Virus record (IMG/VR): IMGVR_UViG_3300025723_000019
Location: 62,001 to 121,340 of that record
Origin: an uncultured virus (IMG/VR IMGVR_UViG_3300025723_000019)
Lineage: Duplodnaviria; Heunggongvirae; Uroviricota; Caudoviricetes
Length of the DNA stretch: 59,340 nucleotides
Direction: 5' to 3' (one strand)
Part shown: piece by piece, positions 1 to 9,704 of the stretch
How positions within the stretch are numbered: the stretch's first letter is position 1
Layout: every line of letters begins with the position of its first letter
Notes under the pieces: generated by a model
What the model was told of the DNA's origin: nothing
The model's database searches: none
What the model saw: only the letters and a program-made list of their open reading frames with translations
Made by a program: the position numbers and the translations under genes

Positions 1-30
1 GATACTGGCCCATCGAATCAAGGAGTGCCA

Positions 31-420
31 TTATTCTTTCAACGCCTTTCGGATTCTACGCTTTACGTCTTCTACGAGGTCGGGGAAATTGTCGGTAAAC
101 GGTTGTTCAAGGTACTTCGCCTGCGTTGGATACTCGTGGTAAGCATCCAAATCTTCGTGGACAATCACTGCGTAATCCACCAAATTGTCGCCGTAGGTGA
201 TTGACCCACCAACCGTGTTTTCGTCACGGAGCACGGCATCGTCAACTTGGCCACTCATCATCAAATCACCAGTGTCCACTGGGACTAACTCTTGGCTCAG
301 TTGAAAAACGAAGTGCAGATATTCGTTATAGGCATCAACCATTTCCTCCAAAACACGCTTTGGAGCGTTCATCATATTGAACAGGTGGAGCGAGACTTCG
401 GCAGTAAGTTCTTCGGCCAT
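31..420 (-). CDS. tail completion / neck protein (HK97 gp10-like)
   Basis: SQELVPVDTGDL..SG, DYAVIVHE and QAKYLEQP motifs; follows the head-tail genes. Confidence 0.7.
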   Translation of the reverse strand: MAEELTAEVSLHLFNMMNAPKRVLEEMVDAYNEYLHFVFQLSQELVPVDTGDLMMSGQVDDAVLRDENTVGGSITYGDNLVDYAVIVHEDLDAYHEYPTQAKYLEQPFTDNFPDLVEDVKRRIRKALKE

Positions 421-431
421 TTCACTGCCCC

Positions 432-842
432 CTATTCAAAGTGCAGAACGGTGTTGTACCCCGTCAGGCCAGTCTCATCGAAGTTGTTCTCTACATACAT
501 CACCACTGGGTACTTCAAGGATTCCTGCGTCTGGTTTGGGACAACGACCAGACACTCAGTAGTGAGGTTGGGGTAGAAACCGTTGAGGTAGGCACGGCCA
601 GAACTCATCCGGTCACGGCCATTTTCAGTGGCCAGCACCTTCATTTTGTACTCCAAGCGACACTTGTAGGTCACTGGTGGGCCGTATTCCACCGTCGAAC
701 CACTTTGCCCACTGCTGTTGACGTAGTGTCTCCCGTAGCCATCCAAAACCGGTGGGCCACCACCGGGGCTTTTTGCTGCAATCGGGTTTTGGACGATAAT
801 GGTCTGGGTCATTATCGCCAGAAGTTCTGGGTCAATACTCAC
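432..842 (-). CDS. head-tail stopper/closure-like protein
   Basis: 136 aa, beta-rich; lies between the adaptor and the gp10-like gene and overlaps the adaptor stop. Confidence 0.5.
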   Translation of the reverse strand: MSIDPELLAIMTQTIIVQNPIAAKSPGGGPPVLDGYGRHYVNSSGQSGSTVEYGPPVTYKCRLEYKMKVLATENGRDRMSSGRAYLNGFYPNLTTECLVVVPNQTQESLKYPVVMYVENNFDETGLTGYNTVLHFE

Positions 843-1357
843 GGTACATCGTTGCCGTTGTATTCATCGCCGTTGGCATCGGAGTTGTTTTCACCACCAC
901 CGGGGTTGTAGCCCATCCCGTAGGAAGTCGTTGTGCCGAGTTCTGAGTTCGTCGGCCAAGTGTTTTCAGTGAGGATGTACGGGTCAAGGCCACCAACTTT
1001 GAGTTCTGCCCAGAGTGCGTGGGGGTCAACGTTGGCAATCGGGGGATTGACACGACGGCTGCGAATCAGCAAGTCCTTGGCCAGACGCTCAAAACGCTGC
1101 GCTCGGTCACCGTAGCCTTGGCTCAGGGAGAGGCCACCGACGCTCTTGGAGACGTTGGTTGCCTGCTGGGTGAACTTGGCAGCCAAGTTGTAGCAACTGT
1201 TCGATGCAGCACGGTAGACATCCATATTCACCTCAGAGAGGTTGAAGTAGATTTCCTCGTCTTGGAGAAGCGGGTCACCTTCGTTGGTGTCTCCGATGAG
1301 GAAGCGCACGGCATCCTTGACGGAACTGGTTGGGTCTTGCGTGTATGTCCACGTCAT
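839..1357 (-). CDS. head-to-tail adaptor
   Basis: MTWTY..DP, DAVRFLIGDT, LLQDEEI and KSVGGLSLS pattern typical of adaptor proteins. Confidence 0.75.
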   Translation of the reverse strand: MTWTYTQDPTSSVKDAVRFLIGDTNEGDPLLQDEEIYFNLSEVNMDVYRAASNSCYNLAAKFTQQATNVSKSVGGLSLSQGYGDRAQRFERLAKDLLIRSRRVNPPIANVDPHALWAELKVGGLDPYILTENTWPTNSELGTTTSYGMGYNPGGGENNSDANGDEYNGNDVP

Positions 1358-1365
1358 CTTTTCAC

Positions 1366-1698
1366 CTACGACATCACTGGTTGGTCAATACGGATAGAGC
1401 CGGTCAACACACGCTGCTGCGCCGTTGGGCCGTAGGTTGCTGTCACTTGCAAGTACCACACACCGGGGGTCAACTTGTTGAGGTCACCGGGGTTCCAATT
1501 GACAATGAGATTTGGGGCGACGGCAAAGCCTTGAATCCCACTGGTCTTGGTCAAAACGGCTGGACTGGGGAAACGTCCAATCTTCAATTGGAACGACCAG
1601 TCCGGGATGCTGAAATCTATGACGTTCCCCACGGCATCTTCCCAAGTAAATTCCAGTTCTGGGAGACTGGCTGCTGGAGTTGGGTAGTTAATCGTCAT
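1366..1698 (-). CDS. small virion beta-sandwich protein (BppU N-terminal-like)
   Basis: 110 aa; FTWEDAVGNVIDFS...LTPGVWYLQVTAT...VLTGSIRI; structural context. Confidence 0.45.
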   Translation of the reverse strand: MTINYPTPAASLPELEFTWEDAVGNVIDFSIPDWSFQLKIGRFPSPAVLTKTSGIQGFAVAPNLIVNWNPGDLNKLTPGVWYLQVTATYGPTAQQRVLTGSIRIDQPVMS

Positions 1699-1700
1699 TT

Positions 1701-3191
1701 TTATGGGCCGTCCTTGTAAGAGCCTACTCCACCGTCTTCAAAAAGAATTTGGGACATTTCACCATACACCCCAGCAGCCGTTTTTTCGATATACGTTTCG
1801 GGCAGGGGGTTGGTGATGATGCGAGCAAAACTGAAGCACGAAGCGACCTGAACGAGGATTCCAGCACCGTTAACAATTGCTTGCAACGAACGGCTACTAG
1901 ATACGGCTTGCACCAGAGATGCTGCTGAATTGGTCAGGTAGGAAGTCTTCTTGGCTTCGGTCTTGGCCTCTACGAGTTTTGCTGCTCCAGTTTCCCTGTG
2001 AATCGTAGAGCGAACGCCTGCTTCGGCCTGTACGAAGGCCGTTTCACCAACTTCGGTTCGGGTACGCCCGGTTGTTGCAGCCGCAACGAACGTTTGGAAC
2101 GCAGAAGAAAGTCGGCCAAATCCGTGGCTCTTGGTATTGGTTTGCTGCGAGGATTCCACCACTGCCGAAATGGGCCGACGAACGTTTTGGCCCGTGGCTG
2201 CACTGACCAGCACTTCGGCAACTGTTGAAAGGCGTGGCAAGTTTTGCTTCTTGACGGCAGAACTACTTTGGAACAGGGCCGACGAAGAAAGGGCATTGCG
2301 GATTTTTCCACCAGTTGCCTCGGCTGCAAACGTTTCAGATATCGAACCAGTACGGGGAACAGTCCGGGAATCTACGCCATCAGTGGTGAACGTCTCCGTT
2401 GTCGTGCCGTTATTGACGAACGCAGCGATTCGCTGGCTTGTTTGGGATTCCACCAGAGATGCGTCGCTTACTTTTCCACGAATCGCACCATCGGCTGCTG
2501 GAACGGTCTGTTTTGGAAGGAAGCCAGCCATCCAGTACCCAAGGTAGCCAGCCCCAAGTGCGCCAAGGCCAAGGATGCTGTTCTTCTTGTGTTGCTCACG
2601 GGTATTGCGAAGTTCGACGTGGCTGACAAGGTTCCGGGCGTACTGCTTGTTGTTGGTGCTGGATTCAATAACACTCGCTTTTGAAACGACGTTCCTGCCG
2701 TAGACCTTTGGAGCAGCAGTGGTTTCCACTTCAAACACTGCGCTAACAGGGTTCCGTGTGCGGATGTCAACTGCTTGCGAGTTTTGGATTTCACTGGCCA
2801 AACTATTTTTTGTCCGGCTGGTCGCGTCTTCGGCAATGGCCGTTCCGTCTTGTTCCACAATGCTGGAAGCAGACTTTCGTGCAGATTTGTTGCCGTCGGT
2901 GGCTGTTGCTGTTTCTGCAACAGATGAGACAGTTTTGGAAGTGTGCGATGTCGTTCCCTCATCGGTTTCCACCAAAGCGTTGGAACTTGAACGAGCGTGG
3001 ATGACCGAAGTTTCGCCCGTGCTGTTTTCCAAAGCAGGAACTTCAGAAACTTTGTTGTACTTGTGGCTGTCAACGGCTTCGGCTATTTCGATTTCACTGG
3101 AGACGGCGACTTCCCCGATGGTGCGCCCACTGAAGAAGAACTCGGCACCACCAAGGAAAGTCTGTCCAATTTGCTCGTTAGCAAGAGGCAT
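1701..3191 (-). CDS. Ser/Thr/Ala-rich repetitive virion protein
   Basis: 496 aa with loose periodic repeats; directly follows the tail fibre gene. Confidence 0.5.
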   Translation of the reverse strand: MPLANEQIGQTFLGGAEFFFSGRTIGEVAVSSEIEIAEAVDSHKYNKVSEVPALENSTGETSVIHARSSSNALVETDEGTTSHTSKTVSSVAETATATDGNKSARKSASSIVEQDGTAIAEDATSRTKNSLASEIQNSQAVDIRTRNPVSAVFEVETTAAPKVYGRNVVSKASVIESSTNNKQYARNLVSHVELRNTREQHKKNSILGLGALGAGYLGYWMAGFLPKQTVPAADGAIRGKVSDASLVESQTSQRIAAFVNNGTTTETFTTDGVDSRTVPRTGSISETFAAEATGGKIRNALSSSALFQSSSAVKKQNLPRLSTVAEVLVSAATGQNVRRPISAVVESSQQTNTKSHGFGRLSSAFQTFVAAATTGRTRTEVGETAFVQAEAGVRSTIHRETGAAKLVEAKTEAKKTSYLTNSAASLVQAVSSSRSLQAIVNGAGILVQVASCFSFARIITNPLPETYIEKTAAGVYGEMSQILFEDGGVGSYKDGP

Positions 3192-3199
3192 CTAAACCC

Positions 3200-6100
3200 T
3201 TAGGTCGCAATAACAACGATGTAGCCTGCGCCACCATTTCCACCAACGCCAGTTGTTGTGTTGGCAGCAGCACCGCCTCCACCTCCACCTCCACCGTAAA
3301 CTCCGTTGGCTCCTGCTGGAGTTGGAGTGTTGTTGCCGTTTCCACCACCGGCACCCGGCGAAGCGTATCCAAAGGTGCTTCCACTCGTGGCTGCCGAACC
3401 AGAAACAACACCACCAGCACCAACGGTGGACATACCGGGCGAGATGTCTGGCTTTCCACCAGCCCCACCGTTGGAGTTGCCAGTGTTGAAACTGCATCCT
3501 CCACCGCCTCCACCGCCTCCAGTGAAGCCACCAAGGGTTCCCTGCTGAGCATTGGTTCCAGCAACACCAGCAGTTCCTCCAGTTCCCCCATAGCCCCCAA
3601 CGCCACCGTAGAGAACGTTTCCCGAAGTCTGAGCGTTGGTGACCACACCTTGGAAGTTGTAGATGAATGATGAAGTATTGAACTTTCCACCAGTCGAACC
3701 ACCCACCCCACCACTGGCGTAGCAGTAGGAGTTGGTCGCAGCGTTTGTTGAGCCGAAGTAGGTAGTCGCTCCCGTTCCCCCAGCAGCACCAGAAGTTGTC
3801 GTTGATGAGGCACAAGTCCCTCCAGTTCCACCACCACCGATGCCGTAAGGAATACCCGAAGAGATAAGGGACGCGGTGACAGGAATGTCAATAATTGTGG
3901 CATTTCCACCATTCCCGCCAACGCCCCCACTGGCGTAGCCGGTTGTCCCTGCAAAGTATCCACCACCTGCACCCCCACCTCCACCACCAACGCAGATGAC
4001 GTGAAGGTTGGTAGCCCAAGAAGGCACCGTGTAGGTTCCTGTCGTGCCAGCAGTTCCCGTTCCTCCCGTGGTGGAAAGGACCGTGACACTTGACTGTGCC
4101 GACCACGATGCAGCGTTTGTTGCTGAAGCCGTCAGAACTTGACCAGCAGAAGGCGTTCCGCTGATTGCTACACCCTGAACCTTGTTGACCGTGGCTGCTC
4201 CTGTATTGCCAACCGTCACATCACCAGAGAGCGTTTGCGGATTGGAACCAGTGAGCCAGACTGCATTAGTTGAACCGCTGATGCCTTGATACGAAACTGC
4301 CCCTCCTGCTGGAAGGGGGAAGGGTTGCACGGTTGCAGTGCCAGCGAAAGTGACTGCACCGGGTTGAGCCGTATTTGCGATGGTGAAAGTGTTGGTTGCA
4401 CCTGTAGAGGCAATCGTAAACGAACCGTTGTAGGCAGTAGAGCCACCGGCAGAAATGCCACCAAGGTAAACTGTCTGCCCGGTCAAGAAGTTGTGGGTTG
4501 TTCCAGTCGTGACTGTCCAAATGGTTCCGTTGGTGGAAATGCCGCCAACCCCAACGACATAGCCCGCATAGGTCGTGCCGTAAGCGTTGAGGATGCTTGG
4601 TGAACCCGTCACCTGTCCATTCGGCAAGAGGTAAACCGTCTGGGTAGAGCCATTGACGAGGATTTGCGGAATGTAGTTGTTTGTTGAAGCAGAGTTGAGG
4701 GTCAGTGCCGTTGATACGGTTCCGTTATAGACCGCCTTGTTGCCGAGGGTGAGAAGTGTATTCGCAGCAGTGATGTATTGAGTTGCGTTCAGATAGGAAG
4801 TAGCGGTCCAGTTTCCTGTTGAAATAGATGGCTGCACGAAGTAGTTGGTTCCGTCTGTCCAAACCAGTGCTGGAATACCCGACGATAGGTAATACGACGA
4901 TGACAAACCGTTGAGCGTCGCTGGCGAACTTGGTGTAATCGTGAGCGAGCCTGAGCCGTAATAGGTGGCAAGCCAAGGGGCTGAAGGAGCCGTTGCCGGA
5001 AGGGTCACAACGACTGTGCTGCTGAAGCGAACGAACTGTCCGTTATCAGATGCCGAGGCAGTCCAAGTTGTTGCGCTTGTTGCGTTTAGAACACCTGCGA
5101 CGAGACTTGCAGGACTTGATGTTGCACCTGTGACCCGACCCTTTGCGTCTAGTGAAATAATGGCGTGGGAGATAGTCGAACCCGATGAGCCGTAAGTGCC
5201 TGCGCCGGGGCCGGTTGTGGCAAGGGTGGCAGTTCCAGCAGCCGAAACCGTTACGTCGCCAGAAAGGGAAGTGGCTGCCCAAGTTGTGCCACTGAAGATG
5301 TAAACTTGACCAGCCGTTGTTCCGGTGGTGAAGGCTTGTCCTTGCCACGAACCGACACGGGGAGTTCCTGCCGTCGAACCCGTTGCGTTGAGGTCGCCGC
5401 CGAGCGTGATTACACCACTTGCACCCGTCGTAGCATTGGAAATGGAAAGCGTCGTGCCAGAGAGGGAGAGTGGAGCGTTTGCTGTTCCAAACGAACCACT
5501 TGCACCCGTCGCACCCGTTGCTCCTGTAGCACCAGTTGCCCCGGTTGCTCCAGTTGCACCTGTTGCTCCAGTTGCCCCGGTTGCCCCGGTGTTGCCAACG
5601 TTTCCAGCAACGGCAATAGACCACGATGACGGGCTGCCCGAACCAGCGAACGTATCTACGTTGATGGTGATTGACGTATTGGCCGTCAACGCCGTGATGG
5701 TGCCTTCAACGTATTGGCTCGTGTTCGCCGTAGAGATGGCACGAGCGCGCTGTCCAATTTGGAACGCCCCGGTTGAGGTGATACCGGAAAAAACTGCGCT
5801 TCCCGTGCCGAGGTTGACCGTAGAGGTTGAAGTGACACCTGAGTAGCCAGCACCAGTCGGGCCGGTGGCTCCAGTGGCTCCAGTGGCACCTGTGGCCCCT
5901 GTAGGGCCAATCTGGGTGTACATCACTTGCTGTACGGTCAAGATGATGGAAGGCGTAGCAGGGTAATTGCTACCCGCAGATTGAGCCAGTAACGTCACAC
6001 TCGTGGAATTAGATTCCCACATAAGTTGCAAGTAATCGTTGGCTGCGACGGTAAGCACAAAGTTCCACGAGGCAACTTTGTCGCTGTTCTGCTTGTCCAT

Positions 6101-7405
6101 CGTGACCGTGGTGTTGGTCTCTGTGAGGTCGCTGCCGTTCTTGCGGAGCCAAATCTGCACTTGGTCAATGCTGTTATCGGTCTGCGTGAGTTGCGCCGAG
6201 AACTGCACGTTGTAGGTTCCGGCGTTGGCAAACAAAATGTGGCTGCTGCTGGTGATGGAGACACCGTTGTTCTCCGCCGTGGTGTTGAAGGTCATTGCCG
6301 TAGGCGTGTTGGCAGAACCTACTGACTGCGTGGTGGTGTCGTAAAATGAACCGTAGTAGCCTAGTGTGCCACCAGCACCGGTAGGGCCAGTAGGCCCTGT
6401 CGGGCCGACACCACCGGATTGCACCCAAGTGATGGGGTCGGTTCCAATAATGGTGATTCCACTAGCACCGGAGCCAGTGGCGTTCATTACAAACGTTCGG
6501 CCTGCGTAGGAACTTCCTTGAATCGTAAGAACGTAGTCACCGGGAGCAACCTCGCCAGCAATGCTGTCGTTGTAGTCAGTTGCACGGGTGAGGACGTAGG
6601 GAGTGGTGGTATTTCCAACGGTAGTGAGCGTGTAAATGCCGTTGTACTTAGATTGCGTGCTGGTGTTTCCAGCAATCAACACACGGGAGTTAGCGTAGGA
6701 ACCAGTCAGACCCACCCCGTCAATTGTCAGCGTTCCCGTGCTGTTTCCCGTGATTCTTGCGCCGATACCCAAACCACCACTGGCATCGGTAGTACCGGCT
6801 GTGTACGAAGCATTGGTGCCGACAAGGACTGCTGCCCCGGTACCAAAGTCAGCCACAATCACTGATGAGTGGGCATTGGTGTTCGTTGTTGACCAGAACG
6901 GCCCAGTCGTGCCTGCAACCAAAACCTGCCCGGCAGAACCAATTGGAAGCCTGCTGAACGCCTGAGCCGTTGAACCGTAGAGGATGTCTCCGACTGCCTG
7001 AACTTGGCCAACGGTCTGGCTTACCGTGTAGTTGCCTTCTGAAATGTCAGAGGCTGTCAGAACAGGGATGACGGCAGCCGTAGCAAGGTGGCTTACTGCT
7101 GATGTCCCGTCTTGACCACGGACAACCCCAGTGAGCGTGATAGGAGAAGTAGTCCACGAAATCGTCTGCGCTGGAACCCAGACCTTTTCTTCAGAGGCCG
7201 AGTTGTAGTCAATGGACAGGAAGAAACCAGCGTTGGCCGTCGCTCCACTTGGTGAAGTGGCGATGCCGAGGCCAGTCCACGATGAGTACTGCGTCCCGGA
7301 AAACGTCAGTGAAATCGTTGACGTAGAACTGTTGATGCTCCCCGTCAGCGTGGCAGCGTATGCTCCACCGACGTATGAGTTCTGTGTATAAGGGGTGCGA
7401 GCCAT
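3200..7405 (-). CDS. long tail fibre-like protein with collagen-like repeats and a Gly-rich C-terminus
   Basis: 1401 aa, T/G/S/A-rich; (GAT)n and (GPT)n triplets; LSGDVTV repeats; C-terminal VICVGGGGGG glycine-rich domain. Confidence 0.75.
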   Translation of the reverse strand: MARTPYTQNSYVGGAYAATLTGSINSSTSTISLTFSGTQYSSWTGLGIATSPSGATANAGFFLSIDYNSASEEKVWVPAQTISWTTSPITLTGVVRGQDGTSAVSHLATAAVIPVLTASDISEGNYTVSQTVGQVQAVGDILYGSTAQAFSRLPIGSAGQVLVAGTTGPFWSTTNTNAHSSVIVADFGTGAAVLVGTNASYTAGTTDASGGLGIGARITGNSTGTLTIDGVGLTGSYANSRVLIAGNTSTQSKYNGIYTLTTVGNTTTPYVLTRATDYNDSIAGEVAPGDYVLTIQGSSYAGRTFVMNATGSGASGITIIGTDPITWVQSGGVGPTGPTGPTGAGGTLGYYGSFYDTTTQSVGSANTPTAMTFNTTAENNGVSITSSSHILFANAGTYNVQFSAQLTQTDNSIDQVQIWLRKNGSDLTETNTTVTMDKQNSDKVASWNFVLTVAANDYLQLMWESNSTSVTLLAQSAGSNYPATPSIILTVQQVMYTQIGPTGATGATGATGATGPTGAGYSGVTSTSTVNLGTGSAVFSGITSTGAFQIGQRARAISTANTSQYVEGTITALTANTSITINVDTFAGSGSPSSWSIAVAGNVGNTGATGATGATGATGATGATGATGATGATGASGSFGTANAPLSLSGTTLSISNATTGASGVITLGGDLNATGSTAGTPRVGSWQGQAFTTGTTAGQVYIFSGTTWAATSLSGDVTVSAAGTATLATTGPGAGTYGSSGSTISHAIISLDAKGRVTGATSSPASLVAGVLNATSATTWTASASDNGQFVRFSSTVVVTLPATAPSAPWLATYYGSGSLTITPSSPATLNGLSSSYYLSSGIPALVWTDGTNYFVQPSISTGNWTATSYLNATQYITAANTLLTLGNKAVYNGTVSTALTLNSASTNNYIPQILVNGSTQTVYLLPNGQVTGSPSILNAYGTTYAGYVVGVGGISTNGTIWTVTTGTTHNFLTGQTVYLGGISAGGSTAYNGSFTIASTGATNTFTIANTAQPGAVTFAGTATVQPFPLPAGGAVSYQGISGSTNAVWLTGSNPQTLSGDVTVGNTGAATVNKVQGVAISGTPSAGQVLTASATNAASWSAQSSVTVLSTTGGTGTAGTTGTYTVPSWATNLHVICVGGGGGGAGGGYFAGTTGYASGGVGGNGGNATIIDIPVTASLISSGIPYGIGGGGTGGTCASSTTTSGAAGGTGATTYFGSTNAATNSYCYASGGVGGSTGGKFNTSSFIYNFQGVVTNAQTSGNVLYGGVGGYGGTGGTAGVAGTNAQQGTLGGFTGGGGGGGGCSFNTGNSNGGAGGKPDISPGMSTVGAGGVVSGSAATSGSTFGYASPGAGGGNGNNTPTPAGANGVYGGGGGGGGAAANTTTGVGGNGGAGYIVVIAT
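5500..5600 (-). repeat. collagen-like (Gly-Ala-Thr)n coding repeat
   Basis: About 10 GAT triplets with varied codons; shorter runs near 5855-5905 and 6375-6410. Confidence 0.85.
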
Positions 7406-7433
7406 CGTCTATCCCCTAGGGGATTTCACCTCC

Positions 7434-8216
7434 CTAGTTGCTCATCAACCAAGTAGGCGTGACCGTCAGTGAATCGTTGGGGTTGAGAATAGGCGTTGAG
7501 GTGTCGGCAAAGTTTGCAATGTAGACAATCTTGCCCGACGTACCGCTTGCAACGTTGGTGATGAAGTAGCCACACACGGCAGGCCAAACGCCTTGGGCCG
7601 TGAACGTGACGGCTGGGGCAGTTGACTTCTGACCGTTTACAGCATCTCCAGCAGTCCACGCTGCGCCAGAGTTGCAGGTCGCAGAGAGCGCAGCCGAGAG
7701 AACCACAATGGAACTACCCGTTGGGATGTTGGTGATAACTCGTGTCTCCTGCGCCGACAAGGAATCGGTGACCGTGATGTTCATACCAACGGCAAGACCG
7801 GCAGTTGCACTAACCGTGAGCGTCCAAGTAGCGGTTGCTGAAAGTGCCGTCAAGGTACCACTCGTCGCACCAGTCGCAGCAGCAGTCGAACTCAGGCTGT
7901 ACGTCGCACTCACTCGTGCGTACCCGGCAGCAGTCGAATTAGCAGTTCCCAGTTCACGGAAAGTGACACCAGTACCGGTTCCACCACCGTTCGTCGTGTA
8001 GGTTCCCGTGTAGCCCGTGGCTGAATCAACGACAGCGAGAGTGGCTGCACCGTAAGGAACCTGCGTTCCAAGGCCACTGGATGAGGTGAAAAGACCGATG
8101 TAGTAAGGGTTGAGGCCCGTTGTCTGCGGGGTAGTCACACCACCGGAGTAGATGGCCAACTGGCTAAAAATAAGGTCAAGACCTTCGTTTGGAAATGCCT
8201 GAGCAGCAAGAGCCAT
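7434..8216 (-). CDS. virion structural (fibre-associated) protein
   Basis: 260 aa; NEGLDL, YIGLFT, GYARV, VTFT..W..V.GYFI pattern seen in phage fibre-linked proteins. Confidence 0.55.
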   Translation of the reverse strand: MALAAQAFPNEGLDLIFSQLAIYSGGVTTPQTTGLNPYYIGLFTSSSGLGTQVPYGAATLAVVDSATGYTGTYTTNGGGTGTGVTFRELGTANSTAAGYARVSATYSLSSTAAATGATSGTLTALSATATWTLTVSATAGLAVGMNITVTDSLSAQETRVITNIPTGSSIVVLSAALSATCNSGAAWTAGDAVNGQKSTAPAVTFTAQGVWPAVCGYFITNVASGTSGKIVYIANFADTSTPILNPNDSLTVTPTWLMSN

Positions 8217-8270
8217 CTGGTAAAACTCCTATGGGTAAGCGTAGTTGCCCCCCCATTTTGCCACACAATT

Positions 8271-8819
8271 TCAGATTTGGCGTTTGTTGTCCTGTTCCTC
8301 GTCGTAGAGAACCTTGGCGATGACAATGTGATTGGCAAGGTCGAGGAACGAGTTTTCAGCACTCTCGTGGTTCAGACGCTTGCCCGATGCTGCGTTAGCG
8401 ATGCGCTGCACCTTTTCCAAACCTCGGATGAAGCAGGACTTCCACGCTGAAACGCCGATTTGTTCGGCAGCCCGGTAGTTGGCATAGGGGTCACGGTTCG
8501 TGCCGTAGTCGTTGCTCTTAGAGATATGCAATTTCAGCATCTCGGACAGGACTGCACGGAAGCGTGGGTCGCCACCTTCGGGGAACTCTGGCTCAACCGG
8601 TGATGAAGCGAATTGGTACCCGGAGCCAGCCCTTCGACGGCCACCACCAGCCGTGACGAGACGCTTGGTCATCGTTGACTTCAAGGGTGCCTGAATAGCA
8701 CTGCCAGCCGTGTTCGTACCTTTCCAGTTCAGGATGTTCTCGTTCTCCTGTGCGAGGAATTGGTTGATTTCCTCCATCGAACGGCGTGGGTGTGGTGAAA
8801 CACGGTTGATGTCAGTCAT
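8271..8819 (-). CDS. DUF1599/Nmad1-like (MazG-like all-alpha) nucleotide-modification-associated protein
   Basis: KSNDYG..DPYANYR, EKVQRIAN, ESAENSFLDLANH. Confidence 0.6.
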   Translation of the reverse strand: MTDINRVSPHPRRSMEEINQFLAQENENILNWKGTNTAGSAIQAPLKSTMTKRLVTAGGGRRRAGSGYQFASSPVEPEFPEGGDPRFRAVLSEMLKLHISKSNDYGTNRDPYANYRAAEQIGVSAWKSCFIRGLEKVQRIANAASGKRLNHESAENSFLDLANHIVIAKVLYDEEQDNKRQI

Positions 8820-9324
8820 TGTTCTCCCTTTCGGCAATGTAGTGCTGGATGTCCTTCAGTGCTGCGTGAATCTCGTGCGTCAAGTGAGTATTGGAAGCCA
8901 AGTCCTTTTTGACCGCAGCAATGATTTCACTACTTGCTTTAGAGATTGTCAAGTGGGATAGGGCCTGCTCTGCTGCGATGGCATCGGCTCGCTTGGCGGC
9001 AATCAGCAAGATGGCCCCCTGAAGACCGGCGAGCATTGACAAGAACAGATTCAGCAAGATGTACGGGTACGGGTCAAAGCCATTGTTGTTCAAGGCAAAA
9101 CTATTCAGGACTGCCCAACTCGCCATAAACACGACGAACCAACCAACGAACGCCCACGAACCCATTTTGTTTCGCATAGCGTCGGCTGCTTTTTCACCAC
9201 GAGTGAGTTCTGCTCCTGTACGAACGCCGGGGAGTGGTGTCCAAGGATTGCGTGGGTCGTACCAATCTTCCCAATCGTCTTCTTCGGTACCGTCAATCCA
9301 CGGTGGGGGTACGCCGATTCCCAT
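8812..9324 (-). CDS. DUF1003 family membrane protein
   Basis: AADAM...MGSWAFV and FDPYPYILLNLFLSMLAGLQGAILL signature. Confidence 0.85.
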   Translation of the reverse strand: MGIGVPPPWIDGTEEDDWEDWYDPRNPWTPLPGVRTGAELTRGEKAADAMRNKMGSWAFVGWFVVFMASWAVLNSFALNNNGFDPYPYILLNLFLSMLAGLQGAILLIAAKRADAIAAEQALSHLTISKASSEIIAAVKKDLASNTHLTHEIHAALKDIQHYIAERENND

Positions 9325-9704
9325 TACGACAACATTTCTGCCCGTGTGGTGATTTTCACGCCGACCAGTTCTTCCAAAACGTGGGGGCGGTGCTTGTGGT
9401 AGGCGTAAACCGGCTTGCCAGTGTTCACGGCAACCAGTACTTCTGCCTTTGCGCCTTCAGACTTCGCCCAACCCGGCAGCACGATTACACCATCGCAACG
9501 CTGCACCATATCGAAGCAGTGCCACATTTGGTCGTAGTAGTTAGAATCGTCGGCTTGGATATCAGCACCCAATCGCTCTTTGGCAGCCTCTACGGGGCAA
9601 AGAGCGTCGAATCCGAGGCTTCTGAGGTGTTCCCGCGCTTCTTCAAAGGCAGGGAAGTTGGAGTGGGGCAGACCCCGCATCGGGCCGCACAAGTAATACG
9701 CCAT
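9324..9704 (-). CDS. DUF4406 / nucleoside 2-deoxyribosyltransferase-like protein
   Basis: YLCGPMRGLP..NFPAF, CDGVIVLPGWAKSEGAKAE. Confidence 0.8.
   Translation of the reverse strand: MAYYLCGPMRGLPHSNFPAFEEAREHLRSLGFDALCPVEAAKERLGADIQADDSNYYDQMWHCFDMVQRCDGVIVLPGWAKSEGAKAEVLVAVNTGKPVYAYHKHRPHVLEELVGVKITTRAEMLS

Noticed and set aside
5500..5600. 9-bp periodic repeat as a DNA element
   Set aside because: Explained by collagen-like Gly-Ala-Thr coding.
7411..7424. 14-bp palindrome ATCCCCTAGGGGAT over the fibre-gene RBS
   Set aside because: Single instance, partly explained by the purine-rich RBS; no supporting copies.
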